Below are positions 46,911 through 57,126 of a stretch of DNA of 64,000 nucleotides, in pieces (position 1 is the stretch's first letter; every line of letters starts with the position of its first letter). The notes under the pieces were generated by a model that had not been told where the DNA came from, searched no databases, and saw nothing but the letters and a program-made list of their open reading frames with translations. A program made the position numbers and the translations under genes. The stretch spans positions 502-64,501 of the forward strand of contig CAXMOR010000030.1 in assembly GCA_964195455.1 (NCBI GenBank), given 5' to 3'. This stretch comes from an uncultured Acidimicrobiia bacterium. Its GTDB lineage: Bacteria; Bacteroidota; Bacteroidia; Flavobacteriales; Flavobacteriaceae.

Positions 46911-48362
46911 ATGAAAATTTTAGATAAATATCTCTTAAAAAGTTTTTTTAAACCTTTTATAGCCACTTTTATAATTGTACTTTTTGTACTAGTTATGCAG
47001 GCTTTATGGCAAGCATTTGAAAATATCGCTGGTAAAGGGATTAGCCTTATTTTTATCCTAAAATTTCTGTACTACACAACGCTGATGATCATTCCGCAAG
47101 CATTGCCGATTGGTGTGTTGCTATCATCGATTATGGCTTTAGGAAATTTAGGTGAAAACTACGAATTTGCTGCCGCTAAATCTGCCGGTATTTCATTACA
47201 ACGGTTGGTTCGACCGATTGGTATATTAGCCATTCTTTTAAGCGGCGTTAACTTTTTATTTTTAAACAATGTGTATCCCTACGCAGTTTATAAACAAATA
47301 AACTTAAAACAAAATATTAAGAAAAAGCAACCTGCCATGGCCTTAGTGCCTGGAAGTTTTAATGCAGATATACCCGGTTATCAAATAAAATTTGACGAAA
47401 AATACGGAGAACAGGAAAACCTTTTAAAGAATGTTTTAATCTATGATTTAAAAAGCAGAAGAGGAAATCAAAAAGTAATTACTGCAGACAGAGGTAAAAT
47501 TGTTACAGAAGAGGGAAGCAGATACATTACCTTTATTTTATATGATGGAAATTATTATGAAGAACATGTAAAGAGTGCAAGAACTACTGCTAAAAGAAAA
47601 AGAATGGCAGCCTCTAATGCCACTTTTAAAGAATATGAGATTAATATTGATATTGGTAATAGTTTTGATGAAGGAAAACTAGATTCTTTAAGCAATAAGG
47701 GATACCCTATGATGTATCGTTTAAAAGAAATTAAAGACACTATTCCTAAATTAAAAGAAACTTATTACGAATCTCTAAATTTAAGAGCAAAGAATATTTT
47801 TATAAGTACACAAGCGAAAAAGTTATATTCATATCCAGATTCATTAAAAAAGAAAAAATTAGATAGTATCACGCTTCTAAACTTTCACTCGAAAGAAAAA
47901 ATTACAATTTTAAACTCAGCAATAGCAAAAACAAGTCGAGTTGTTAGTACTTTAAAAAACAATACGGCATCAATTAAATGGAGAAGAAAAATACTTAATT
48001 TTTATGATACCGAATACTACAATAGACTTGCATTTTCTTTATCTTGTGTAATCTTATTTTTTATAGGTGCTCCATTAGGATCTATTATTAGAAAAGGAGG
48101 CTTTGGAATGCCAATGATATTAGCAATTGCCGTTTATGTTATTTACTTTTTTGCAAATACATTTGGTAAAAACTTAGCAGAAGAAAGCACGATATCAGCA
48201 TTTTTAGGCTCTTGGATTTCTGCAATAATTATGATACCCGTAGCAATATTATTAACAAGAAGAGCTACAAAAGACAAAGGAATATTTAATTTAGATTCAT
48301 TTTTACAACCTATTACCAATTTTTTTAAAAAAATAGCACCAAAAAAAGGTAAAAAAATATGA
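46911..48362 (+). CDS. LptF/LptG-family LPS export permease
   Basis: 483 aa. It has the N-terminal ILDKYLLKSFFKPF motif, 3+3 TM helices and a large periplasmic loop. Confidence 0.85.
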   Translation: MKILDKYLLKSFFKPFIATFIIVLFVLVMQALWQAFENIAGKGISLIFILKFLYYTTLMIIPQALPIGVLLSSIMALGNLGENYEFAAAKSAGISLQRLVRPIGILAILLSGVNFLFLNNVYPYAVYKQINLKQNIKKKQPAMALVPGSFNADIPGYQIKFDEKYGEQENLLKNVLIYDLKSRRGNQKVITADRGKIVTEEGSRYITFILYDGNYYEEHVKSARTTAKRKRMAASNATFKEYEINIDIGNSFDEGKLDSLSNKGYPMMYRLKEIKDTIPKLKETYYESLNLRAKNIFISTQAKKLYSYPDSLKKKKLDSITLLNFHSKEKITILNSAIAKTSRVVSTLKNNTASIKWRRKILNFYDTEYYNRLAFSLSCVILFFIGAPLGSIIRKGGFGMPMILAIAVYVIYFFANTFGKNLAEESTISAFLGSWISAIIMIPVAILLTRRATKDKGIFNLDSFLQPITNFFKKIAPKKGKKI

Positions 48363-49504
48363 CACCAAAAACTTCGCCGAAAAACACGCAATTAAATACA
48401 ATAGAAGCAGCAATTAACGATATCAGAAATGGTAAAATTATCATTGTTGTTGATGATGAGAATAGAGAGAATGAAGGTGATTTTTTAGCTGCTGCTGAAA
48501 AAGTAACTCCCGAAATGGTGAACTTTATGGCAACACATGGTCGTGGATTAATTTGTGCTCCATTAACAGAAAAACGTTGCAAAGAGCTCGACTTAGGAAT
48601 GATGGTAAACAACAACACAGACCCCATGGAAACTGGTTTTACTGTTTCTGTCGATTTACGTGGAAAAGGAGTTACGACTGGTATTTCTGCTTCAGACAGA
48701 GCATTAACGATTAATGCGTTAATTGATGCTGAAACCAAACCTTTTGATTTGGCAAGACCTGGTCATATTTTCCCTTTAAGAGCCAAAGAAGGTGGCGTTT
48801 TACGCCGAACTGGACATACAGAAGCAGCAATCGATTTTGCACGTTTAGCAGGTTTAAAACCCGCAGGAGTTATTGTAGAAATCATGAATGAAGATGGATC
48901 CATGGCTCGTTTACCTGAACTTTTAGTAGTTGCAAAAAAGTTTGACATTAAAATTGTTTCTATTGAAGACTTAGTTGCTTACAGGATGGAACATGATTCT
49001 TTAATTGAAAAGAAAGAAGATTTTGAGCTAGAAACTCGTTTTGGAAAATTTAGATTAAGAGCATATCAGCAAACTACAAATAATCAATTACATATTGCAT
49101 TAACAAAAGGTTCTTGGACAAATGAAGAGGGAGTTTTAACAAGAATAAATTCTACATTAATAAACAATGATATCTTGGGTACTTTAACGAATAATCTCGA
49201 TAAGAAATTAGACCAAATGTTTCAGGTAATAAATGATGAAGGTAAAGGTGCAATCTTATTTATCAACCAACAAAATCAATCTAAAAACTTATTAAACAGG
49301 TTGTCTATTTTAAAAGAAAATCAGAAAAGAGGAGAATTAAAAGCACCTGCAATTGCAATGGATCAAAGAGATTTTGGAATTGGCGCTCAAATTTTGCACG
49401 ACTTAAACATCAGCAAATTAAAACTAGTAACCAACACACAACAAACCAGAAGAGTTGGTATGATTGGGTATGGTTTAGAAATTGTAGATTATGTCACGTA
49501 CTAA
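48359..49504 (+). CDS. ribB: 3,4-dihydroxy-2-butanone-4-phosphate synthase fused to a degenerate GTP cyclohydrolase II-like domain (RibBX-like)
   Basis: The N-terminal DHBP synthase is intact (VVDDENRENEGDF, TGHTEAAIDFARLAG). The C-terminal domain (aa ~217-381) contains no Cys at all. Its start overlaps the upstream stop (ATGA). Confidence 0.88.
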   Translation: MTPKTSPKNTQLNTIEAAINDIRNGKIIIVVDDENRENEGDFLAAAEKVTPEMVNFMATHGRGLICAPLTEKRCKELDLGMMVNNNTDPMETGFTVSVDLRGKGVTTGISASDRALTINALIDAETKPFDLARPGHIFPLRAKEGGVLRRTGHTEAAIDFARLAGLKPAGVIVEIMNEDGSMARLPELLVVAKKFDIKIVSIEDLVAYRMEHDSLIEKKEDFELETRFGKFRLRAYQQTTNNQLHIALTKGSWTNEEGVLTRINSTLINNDILGTLTNNLDKKLDQMFQVINDEGKGAILFINQQNQSKNLLNRLSILKENQKRGELKAPAIAMDQRDFGIGAQILHDLNISKLKLVTNTQQTRRVGMIGYGLEIVDYVTY

Positions 49505-49535
49505 AGTTTAAAGTGGGAAATTAGAAAAATTATTA

Positions 49536-50240
49536 TCAAACTTCCCACTTCAAACTTCCTTTCTCCAGCTCTATTGCTTCCAAATTTTGTTGAAATAATC
49601 TTGCGGTATGCATTCCTTTTAAAGAAATAACATCTCCTAGAATATGAAGCCAACTTCCTTCGCGCAACCCTAAAACAGGAACTTTATTAAAAACATGAAA
49701 CTCTTTTATTCGAGTTTCTCTAGTTTCTCCCATATGAGTAGAACTTTTTACAGGATCTAAATAATGAGCATTTATATTAAAAGGTATGACTCCTAAAGTG
49801 GTAAAACTTGGCGGGTATACAATTGGCATGTCATTTGTATTCTTTATATTAATCCCACAAATATTGCTTCCTGCACTTGTACCTAAATACGGAGTTCCTT
49901 TGTCTAAAACTCGTTTTAAAGTCAAAATCACATCCTTATTGTATAATTGATTTACGAGCTCAAATGTATTTCCACCACCTATAAAAACAGCTTCAGCATT
50001 TTGCAGAGCGTTCTTTGAGTTTTCAAATTCATGAATTCCTTTGACCTTAATATTTATTTTTGCAAATGCTTTTTCTGCAATTTCAGTATATTGAGCATAA
50101 GAAATACCACCTGGTCTAGCGTAAGGAATAAATAGAACCGTTTTTATATCCACAAAAAAAGTAGCTAATGTTGGTAATAAATATTCTAAATATCCACTTC
50201 CATGAATAGTAGATGTACTTGCTAAGATTAATTTTCTCAT
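49536..50240 (-). CDS. pepE: Dipeptidase E (S51 peptidase)
   Basis: 234 aa with FIGGGNTFELV and the nucleophile context LGTSAGSNICG. Confidence 0.88.
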   Translation of the reverse strand: MRKLILASTSTIHGSGYLEYLLPTLATFFVDIKTVLFIPYARPGGISYAQYTEIAEKAFAKINIKVKGIHEFENSKNALQNAEAVFIGGGNTFELVNQLYNKDVILTLKRVLDKGTPYLGTSAGSNICGINIKNTNDMPIVYPPSFTTLGVIPFNINAHYLDPVKSSTHMGETRETRIKEFHVFNKVPVLGLREGSWLHILGDVISLKGMHTARLFQQNLEAIELEKGSLKWEV

Positions 50241-50502
50241 AGTTCAAAAATAAATTATTATTTGGTGATTTTTGATTGGTTTTGAAAAAAGATGTAAACT
50301 AAAATCAGAACTTGATAAAACTGAAACATTAAATGGCGAATCCTTTTCTACGAAAGCTATCCTTTGTATAGCTTTAGAAAGCTAAAATTTAAATTTCAAT
50401 ATTCTTAAAAGTCTTATAAAATTATGATTCTTTTCTAGTTTAACAAAAATTTACAATTGCATAAATAGAGTTTTAAGAATGCCTTCTCATTTCTTTGTTG
50501 GC

Positions 50503-51269
50503 ATGAAAAATCAACTAGTACTCTTCTTTCTACTTTTTACTGTTATAGTCAAGAAAAAAGATAACGAATAAACGGAAAAATATTTTTTAATAAAACATTG
50601 ATATCTAATGTGCATATAATAAACAAAAACAGCCATAAAGGAACTATTACAAACGATAAAGGTCAGTTTGAGATTGCAGTTATTATTGGTGATCGTTTAC
50701 AATGTACCCAAATCAATTTAAAAAGTAAGCAACTAATAATATCCAGAGAAATATTAAACAAAAAAAATATTGAAATTGAACTTGAAGAAAATACATATGC
50801 TTTAGATGAGTTTACTTTAGAAAAACAAAAGAGCATTTTTTATGTAGATCCACAAATGGTGGAGCCTCCAATTATTAATGCAAAGACACTAAATTTATCT
50901 TATGCAAATACAAAACCCAACACCAATAATTCTATCGTAAAACTTAATTCTAGTATGGTTTTAAGTATAGATAATTTAATAAACACTTTAAATGGTAATA
51001 AAAGAAAAAAAAGAATTGTAGAAAAAATTGCTAGTGAAGATATAAGTCTTGTTCAAATTAGAAACTATTTTACAGATGATTTTTTTATTACAGATTTACA
51101 GATTAAAAAAGAGCATATAAATCCATTTTCAAATTACTGTATTAAAAAAAATATCATCTCTTATTTTCAAAGAAATAAAAAGATTAAACTCACAAAAGTT
51201 TTAATGCATGAAAGCAGAACATTTCCACAAAAAATAAACTCTGATAGTATTATAGTCTCTAAAAAATAG
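50503..51269 (+). pseudogene. Carboxypeptidase-regulatory-like domain protein with a disrupted 5' end (possible pseudogene, or an N-terminally truncated CDS 50598..51269)
   Basis: A 22-codon mini-ORF (50503..50571, MKNQLVLFFLLFTV...) looks like an orphan signal peptide. The main frame carries an in-frame TAA at 50562..50564 and is offset by 2 nt from that ATG. After the stop the frame reads RINGKIFFNKTLISNVHIINKNSHKGTITNDKGQFEI. Confidence 0.4.
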
Positions 51270-51578
51270 TCATCTTTTTAACAGAATTTTAGAATTATTT
51301 TGCCGAATAGAATGAAAAGACACTTAAATTGTAGCTATTAAATCGTACTTTATGATAAAATATATTGCTGTTTTTCGTCTCTTTTTTAAGCATTATAGAT
51401 TCTTTGCTTAGAAATATGATGAATCTTTCTAAAATTAACATAAAAATTGTTGAAGCAGATGATTATACTGATAAAAGAGTAAGAACCACATGTAAATGAA
51501 ACGGACCCAACAGCAAAATTCGCAGTTGCTAGTGCTAACTTTTCTATTAAATTTAAATATTCAGAACGCTCATAGTCT

Positions 51579-51812
51579 ATGCGCGGAAATTTAACACAAA
51601 AAAAAGTATTTCCTTATAAAATTTTATGTGAATTAGGTGAAAAATTTTTCTTCGACGAATTAAAAATCCCTATGAATACATACTTTCGTTTTCTAGAATA
51701 TTGTAATCCCATAGGTATAGAACATTTGCATAAAAACGGAAAGCTTCTGGATGTTATAAGAATTTTAAGATCAGAAAGTGTCTCTTACCACAAAATCATA
51801 AAAAAAGAGTAA
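51579..51812 (+). CDS. Hypothetical 77-aa ORF in a gene-poor stretch
   Basis: Supported by the ORF track only. I see no recognisable motif and its context looks decayed. Confidence 0.2.
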   Translation: MRGNLTQKKVFPYKILCELGEKFFFDELKIPMNTYFRFLEYCNPIGIEHLHKNGKLLDVIRILRSESVSYHKIIKKE

Positions 51813-51842
51813 TTTGGCGCAATAATTGATTTTTACAGTTCC

Positions 51843-52343
51843 ATGAGATTAAACAAAACTTTTTTATTTTTATTCCTTATTCCTTTATTATCGTTTTCTG
51901 CACATAAGTATTATCTAAGTTTAACTCAAGTTACTTTTAAACCAGCATCAAAAACGGTGCAGGTTATCATCAATGTTTTTATGGATGATATAGAAACCGC
52001 TTTGAATAGCGATTACAAAATTGATTTGCAATTAACGACTAAAAAGGAATTAAAGGATAATGATATTTATTTTAAAGAATATTTAAAGGAAAAATTACAT
52101 TTTAAAATAGATAATATTGCTAAAAATTTTACTTATGTAGGAAAAGAATATGATGCAGATTTAGTTTATTTCTATCTAGAAATAGAAAACGTCAATGAAT
52201 TTAAAACGATAGAAATTACAAATAACATACTCATAAAACATTTTCCTCAGCAACAAAATTTAACCAAATGTAAAGTTGGTGAGAAACACAAAAGTATATT
52301 GTTAACCAAAAAAGAAAATTCAACTACATTTAAATATGAATAA
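51843..52343 (+). CDS. DUF6702-like secreted protein
   Basis: 166 aa with a signal peptide followed by AHKYYLSLTQV. It lies directly upstream of the M1 peptidase. Confidence 0.7.
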   Translation: MRLNKTFLFLFLIPLLSFSAHKYYLSLTQVTFKPASKTVQVIINVFMDDIETALNSDYKIDLQLTTKKELKDNDIYFKEYLKEKLHFKIDNIAKNFTYVGKEYDADLVYFYLEIENVNEFKTIEITNNILIKHFPQQQNLTKCKVGEKHKSILLTKKENSTTFKYE

Positions 52344-52368
52344 TCACTCACCCCAAAATAACACATTT

Positions 52369-54480
52369 ATGAAAAAAATTGGAATTATCCTTTTTTCTCT
52401 TGTTTTTGTAGCAAGTTCTTTTGCGCAAGCAAAACAAGGTCACACAAATCAAAATAAGTTTAGGCAATTAAAGCAAGAATTGCCAACACCAAATGCAGAA
52501 AGAACAGCTTCTGGAGCACCTGGAAAAAACTACACGCAACAAAGGGTAGATTATATTATGGACATTGTTTTAGACGATGAAAAAAGCACTATTACTGGTT
52601 CAGAAACGATTACATATCATAACAACTCTGCAGATGATTTGGAGTACTTATGGCTACAATTAGATCAAAACATGAGAGCTGCAGATTCTAAAACACCAGA
52701 CATTCAGCCAAATAAAGTTCCCTCAAAATTAAGCAAAAGTAGATTTAAAAATACTTATACAGAAAGTGCTTTTGATGGTGGTTTTAAGATTATGAGCGTT
52801 ACGAATGCTGATGGAAGTAAATTATCGCACACGATAAATCAAACTATGATGCGTATCAACTTGCCAAAACCATTGGCCTCCGGAAATACCTTTAAATTCA
52901 AAATGGACTGGTGGTATAACATTAATAATCACAAAATAGAAGGGCTTAGATCCGGCTATGAACTGTTTGAAGAAAATGGAAATAAAAACTATGTAATTGC
53001 ACAATTTTATCCTAGAATGTGTGTCTATGACAATGTCGAAGGTTGGCAAAATGAACAATTTTGGGGAAGAAGTGAATTTGCTTTAGAATTTGGAGACTAC
53101 ACCGTAAATATTACGACTCCAGATGACCATATGTTAGGCGCAACTGGTATTTTAAAAAATGAAAGCGAAGTTTTAACAAAAAAAGAACAAAAAAGATTAG
53201 CCATTGCAAGAATAACTTTTGATAATCCTGTAATTATTAGAACTCAGGAAGAAGCAAAAAAAATTGAAAAAGGAATTTCTAAAAAAACTAAAACTTGGAA
53301 ATTTTTTGCTAAAAATGTAAGAGATTATGCATTTGCAACTTCAAGAAAATTTATTTGGGATGGTATGGCTGTGGATATTAATGGTAAAACAGTAATGGCA
53401 TATTCATTATATTCTAAAGAAGCAAATCCTTTGTATGGTGATCATTCGACAAGAGCAGTTGCACAAACTTTAAAAACTTATTCAAAATACACCTTTGACT
53501 ATCCGTATCATAAAGCTATTTCTGTTGACGGACAAATGGGAATGGAATACCCTCAAATCTGCTTTAATCCAGGAAGACCAGATGCCGACGGAACCTATTC
53601 TGATAAGGTTAAATACAGAATGATAAAGGTTACGATTCATGAAGTTGGTCATAACTTTTTTCCAATGATTGTCAATTCTGATGAAAGACAATGGACTTGG
53701 ATGGATGAAGGTTTAAACTCTTATATGGAAATGTTAGCAGAATTAGAATACGATAAAAACTTCCCTATAACAAGAGGATATCCTAAAAATATTGTGAGTT
53801 ATATGAGTGGTAATCAAGATAAAATTGCACCTATAATGACTAAAGGAGACAATGTATATAATTTTGGTAGCAATGCCTACGGCAAACCTGCAACAGCTTT
53901 ATGGATTTTACGCGAAACCATTATGGGTAAAGATTTATTCGATCATGCTTTTAGAACTTATTCTCAAAGATGGATGTTTAAACACCCATCTCCCGCAGAT
54001 TTCTTTAGAACTATGGAAGATGCATCTGGAATAGATTTAGATTGGTTTTGGAGAGGATGGTTTTATACAACAGATGTATCAGATATCGGTATAAAAAGCG
54101 TGAAGAAATATCAAACAAATTCTGTAGATAATTCTGTAGAGTTTATAGAAGACACTTCAGAAGGATTAGGTTTTTCAAAAAAAGATGAAAATTCTAAATT
54201 TTATTATGAAATTACCTACAACAAACCTGGTGGTTTGGTGATGCCTATCATTGTTGAGTTTACTTACAAAGATGGCACTACAGAAAGAAAAACATATCCA
54301 GCACAAATATGGAGATATAATGATGCTGAAATTACTAAAGTATTTTCATCATCAAAAGAAATAAAAAGTATAAAATTAGATCCAGATTTAGAAACGGCAG
54401 ATGTCGATACTTCAAATAATAGTTTCCCGAAAGATAAAACAGATCAATTTGATCAATTTAAAAAGAAAATTAAAGGTTAA
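52369..54480 (+). CDS. M1-family zinc metallopeptidase, paralog 1
   Basis: The signal peptide begins at the internal ATG (MKKIGIILFSL). The gluzincin site is IHEVGHNFFPMIVNSDERQWTWMDEGLNS. Confidence 0.9.
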   Translation: MKKIGIILFSLVFVASSFAQAKQGHTNQNKFRQLKQELPTPNAERTASGAPGKNYTQQRVDYIMDIVLDDEKSTITGSETITYHNNSADDLEYLWLQLDQNMRAADSKTPDIQPNKVPSKLSKSRFKNTYTESAFDGGFKIMSVTNADGSKLSHTINQTMMRINLPKPLASGNTFKFKMDWWYNINNHKIEGLRSGYELFEENGNKNYVIAQFYPRMCVYDNVEGWQNEQFWGRSEFALEFGDYTVNITTPDDHMLGATGILKNESEVLTKKEQKRLAIARITFDNPVIIRTQEEAKKIEKGISKKTKTWKFFAKNVRDYAFATSRKFIWDGMAVDINGKTVMAYSLYSKEANPLYGDHSTRAVAQTLKTYSKYTFDYPYHKAISVDGQMGMEYPQICFNPGRPDADGTYSDKVKYRMIKVTIHEVGHNFFPMIVNSDERQWTWMDEGLNSYMEMLAELEYDKNFPITRGYPKNIVSYMSGNQDKIAPIMTKGDNVYNFGSNAYGKPATALWILRETIMGKDLFDHAFRTYSQRWMFKHPSPADFFRTMEDASGIDLDWFWRGWFYTTDVSDIGIKSVKKYQTNSVDNSVEFIEDTSEGLGFSKKDENSKFYYEITYNKPGGLVMPIIVEFTYKDGTTERKTYPAQIWRYNDAEITKVFSSSKEIKSIKLDPDLETADVDTSNNSFPKDKTDQFDQFKKKIKG

Positions 54481-54500
54481 AATTTAGATCAGAATTAGAT

Positions 54501-54536
54501 AAAAGGCAATATGTATATATATTGTCTTTTTTTTTT
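54501..54536 (+). terminator. Intrinsic terminator between the M1 paralogs
   Basis: aggcaatat / gtatat / atattgtct followed by a T-run (one G-U pair in the stem). Confidence 0.55.
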
Positions 54537-54632
54537 ATGATAAAAATATGTTAAAATCTAAACATTCTTTGACGTATGTAAAGTGTTATTATTAATTTCG
54601 GAGTTAATTATAATTCAAATCAAATAAAACAA

Positions 54633-56834
54633 ATGAAAAAAATTATATTATTAGTATTTTCTTTATTCTTTGTGGTTGCTACTGATTTTGCGCAACAAAA
54701 GAAAGAAGCTGGAAAAACACAACAAGGACATACAGATCAAAACAAATTCAGACAAATGAAGGATGTTTTGGCCACTCCTAACGATCAACACACAGCTTCT
54801 GGAGCTCCAGGTCATCAGTACTCTCAACAAAAAGTTGATTATGTGATGAATATCCGTTTAGAAGAAAGTACCAATAAAATATATGGTGATGAAAAAATTA
54901 CTTACCACAACAAATCTAAAGACAATTTAGAATACTTATGGGTACAATTAGACCAAAACATGAGAGCAGACGATTCTAAAACTCCTCTGGCTACCTCTGA
55001 GGGTGCTGCAGCATTTATAACACCAAATAAGTTTCAAAGTACCTATATGCAAGAAGGTAAAGGTTTTGGTTTTAATATTGAAAAAGTCGAGAGTAATGGT
55101 AAGCCCTTATCTCATTTTATCAACCAAACAATGATGCGTATTAACTTACCTAAATCATTGGCTCCAGGTGAATCTTTCAAATTTAGAATTAAATGGCATT
55201 ATAAAATAAATGATATCAATAAAGATGGTGGACGTTCTGGATTAGAAACTTTTCCTGATGGAAATAACAACTATACGATAGCTCAGTTCTTTCCAAGATT
55301 AGCTGTTTATGATAATGTAGAGGGATGGCAAAACATGCAATTCTGGGGAAGAAGTGAATTTGCTTTAGAGTTTGGAGATTATGAAGTAAATTTAACGGTA
55401 CCTGCTGACCATATTTTAGATGCTACTGGTGTTTTACAAAACGAAAAAGAAGTTTTATCTAAGACACAACGTAAACGTTGGGAAAAAGCTAGAAAATCTT
55501 TTAAAAACCCTGTAATGATTGTAACACAAGAAGAAGCGGAAAAAGCGGAAAAAGGGCGTGATACAAACACAAAAACTTGGAAATTTAAAGCTCAAAGAGT
55601 AAGAGATTTTGCTTTTGCGTCTTCTAGGAAATATATTTGGGATGCCATGGCTACCAATGTAAATGGTAAAACGGTAATGGCAGTTTCTTTATATCCAAAA
55701 GAAGGAAATCCTTTATGGGAAGAACATTCTACAAGAGCTGTTGCTCATACACTTATCGAATACTCTAAATTAACTTTTGATTATCCCTACCCAAAAGCTA
55801 TTTCTGTGCATTCAGAAAGACAAGGAATGGAATACCCGATGATCTGTTTCAACTTTGGTCGCCCAAATGCAGATGGAACGTATTCTGATAGAACTAAAAA
55901 AGGGATGCTTGGTGTAATTATACATGAAGTTGGTCATAATTTTTTTCCAATGATTGTAAATTCTGATGAAAGACAATGGACTTGGATGGATGAAGGTTTA
56001 AACTCTTTTGTAGAGATTTTAGCAGAATTAACATATGATCCAGAATTATTTGCTACCAACCCTACAAAAAAAATTACAAGATATATGGGCGGAGACCAAA
56101 GTAATATCTCTCCTATTATGTCTCAAGGAGATTATGTAAAACAATTTGGCCCTAATGCATACTCAAAACCAGCAGCTGGTTTATATATGTTGCGTCAAAC
56201 CATTATGGGACCAGAATTATTTGATCATGCATTTAGAACGTATTCTAAAAGATGGATGTTTAAACACCCTACTCCTGCCGATTTCTTTAGATCTATGGAA
56301 GATGCTTCAGGTATGGATTTAGATTGGTTTTGGAGAGGATGGTTTTATACTACAGATGTAACCGATATCGGAATTAAAGAAGTAAAAACTTTATATTTAA
56401 CAGATAAGCCAAGTGAAAGAGTTAGCAAGTTAAAAGAACAATACAAGCAATATTTTGATAGCTTAGGAGACCTAGTTTATATTACGGATAAAAAAGAAGA
56501 TGCCAATGCAACAGCAATGGATACTTATGCAAATAATCAAGAAGTTCCTTCCTTTATTTATTCAGTAGAATTTGAAAAGCGAGGGGGATTAGTAATGCCA
56601 ATTATTGTTGAGTTAACCTATGAAGATGGTTCTACTGAAAGACAAACTTTCCCTGCTCAAATTTGGATGAAGGATGATACTTCTGTAAAAAGAGTATTTG
56701 CTTCCACAAAAGAAATTAAGAATATCACGGTTGATCCAGATTTTGAAACTGCGGATGTTGATACTTCTAATAATAGCTGGCCAAAAAAAGAAACTGATAA
56801 ATTTGACCAATTTAAAAATAAAGTAAAAGGATAA
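54633..56834 (+). CDS. M1-family zinc metallopeptidase, paralog 2
   Basis: 733 aa with the same HEVGHNFFPMIVNSDERQWTWMDEGLNS site and long identical runs shared with paralog 1. Confidence 0.9.
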   Translation: MKKIILLVFSLFFVVATDFAQQKKEAGKTQQGHTDQNKFRQMKDVLATPNDQHTASGAPGHQYSQQKVDYVMNIRLEESTNKIYGDEKITYHNKSKDNLEYLWVQLDQNMRADDSKTPLATSEGAAAFITPNKFQSTYMQEGKGFGFNIEKVESNGKPLSHFINQTMMRINLPKSLAPGESFKFRIKWHYKINDINKDGGRSGLETFPDGNNNYTIAQFFPRLAVYDNVEGWQNMQFWGRSEFALEFGDYEVNLTVPADHILDATGVLQNEKEVLSKTQRKRWEKARKSFKNPVMIVTQEEAEKAEKGRDTNTKTWKFKAQRVRDFAFASSRKYIWDAMATNVNGKTVMAVSLYPKEGNPLWEEHSTRAVAHTLIEYSKLTFDYPYPKAISVHSERQGMEYPMICFNFGRPNADGTYSDRTKKGMLGVIIHEVGHNFFPMIVNSDERQWTWMDEGLNSFVEILAELTYDPELFATNPTKKITRYMGGDQSNISPIMSQGDYVKQFGPNAYSKPAAGLYMLRQTIMGPELFDHAFRTYSKRWMFKHPTPADFFRSMEDASGMDLDWFWRGWFYTTDVTDIGIKEVKTLYLTDKPSERVSKLKEQYKQYFDSLGDLVYITDKKEDANATAMDTYANNQEVPSFIYSVEFEKRGGLVMPIIVELTYEDGSTERQTFPAQIWMKDDTSVKRVFASTKEIKNITVDPDFETADVDTSNNSWPKKETDKFDQFKNKVKG

Positions 56835-56861
56835 ACTACTTGTAGTAAAATATTATTATTC

Positions 56862-56893
56862 AAAAAAACCTCACAAATTTGTGAGGTTTTTTT
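56862..56893 (+). terminator. Intrinsic terminator
   Basis: aaaaaacctcacaaa / tttgtgaggtttttt. Confidence 0.75.
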
Positions 56894-57126
56894 GTTTTAA
56901 GAAAGCACATTTTTCTAATTGAATTATCAAACGAAAAAAATACAATTCTGCCCAACCTTACATAAGTCACTTATAATGAAGTAAATAACGTATTAAAAAC
57001 GGACAGGACAACAATTTTAATCGTGCTTGTAATTTGAGGAAACCTCTCGCTCATCATTTTATTACAAATCTAAAATACTAGGATAAACCGATGAGTACAA
57101 AATTTATTACCTTGTTATAGGTAATC

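Noticed and set aside
48325-48738. 137-aa antisense ORF over the lptFG/ribB junction. Similar shadow ORFs occur at 37256..37618, 4052..4411, 13094..13384, 9156..9386, 63470..63664 and 63674..63982.
   Set aside because: All of them overlap strongly supported genes on the opposite strand. None has a recognisable motif, signal or start context.
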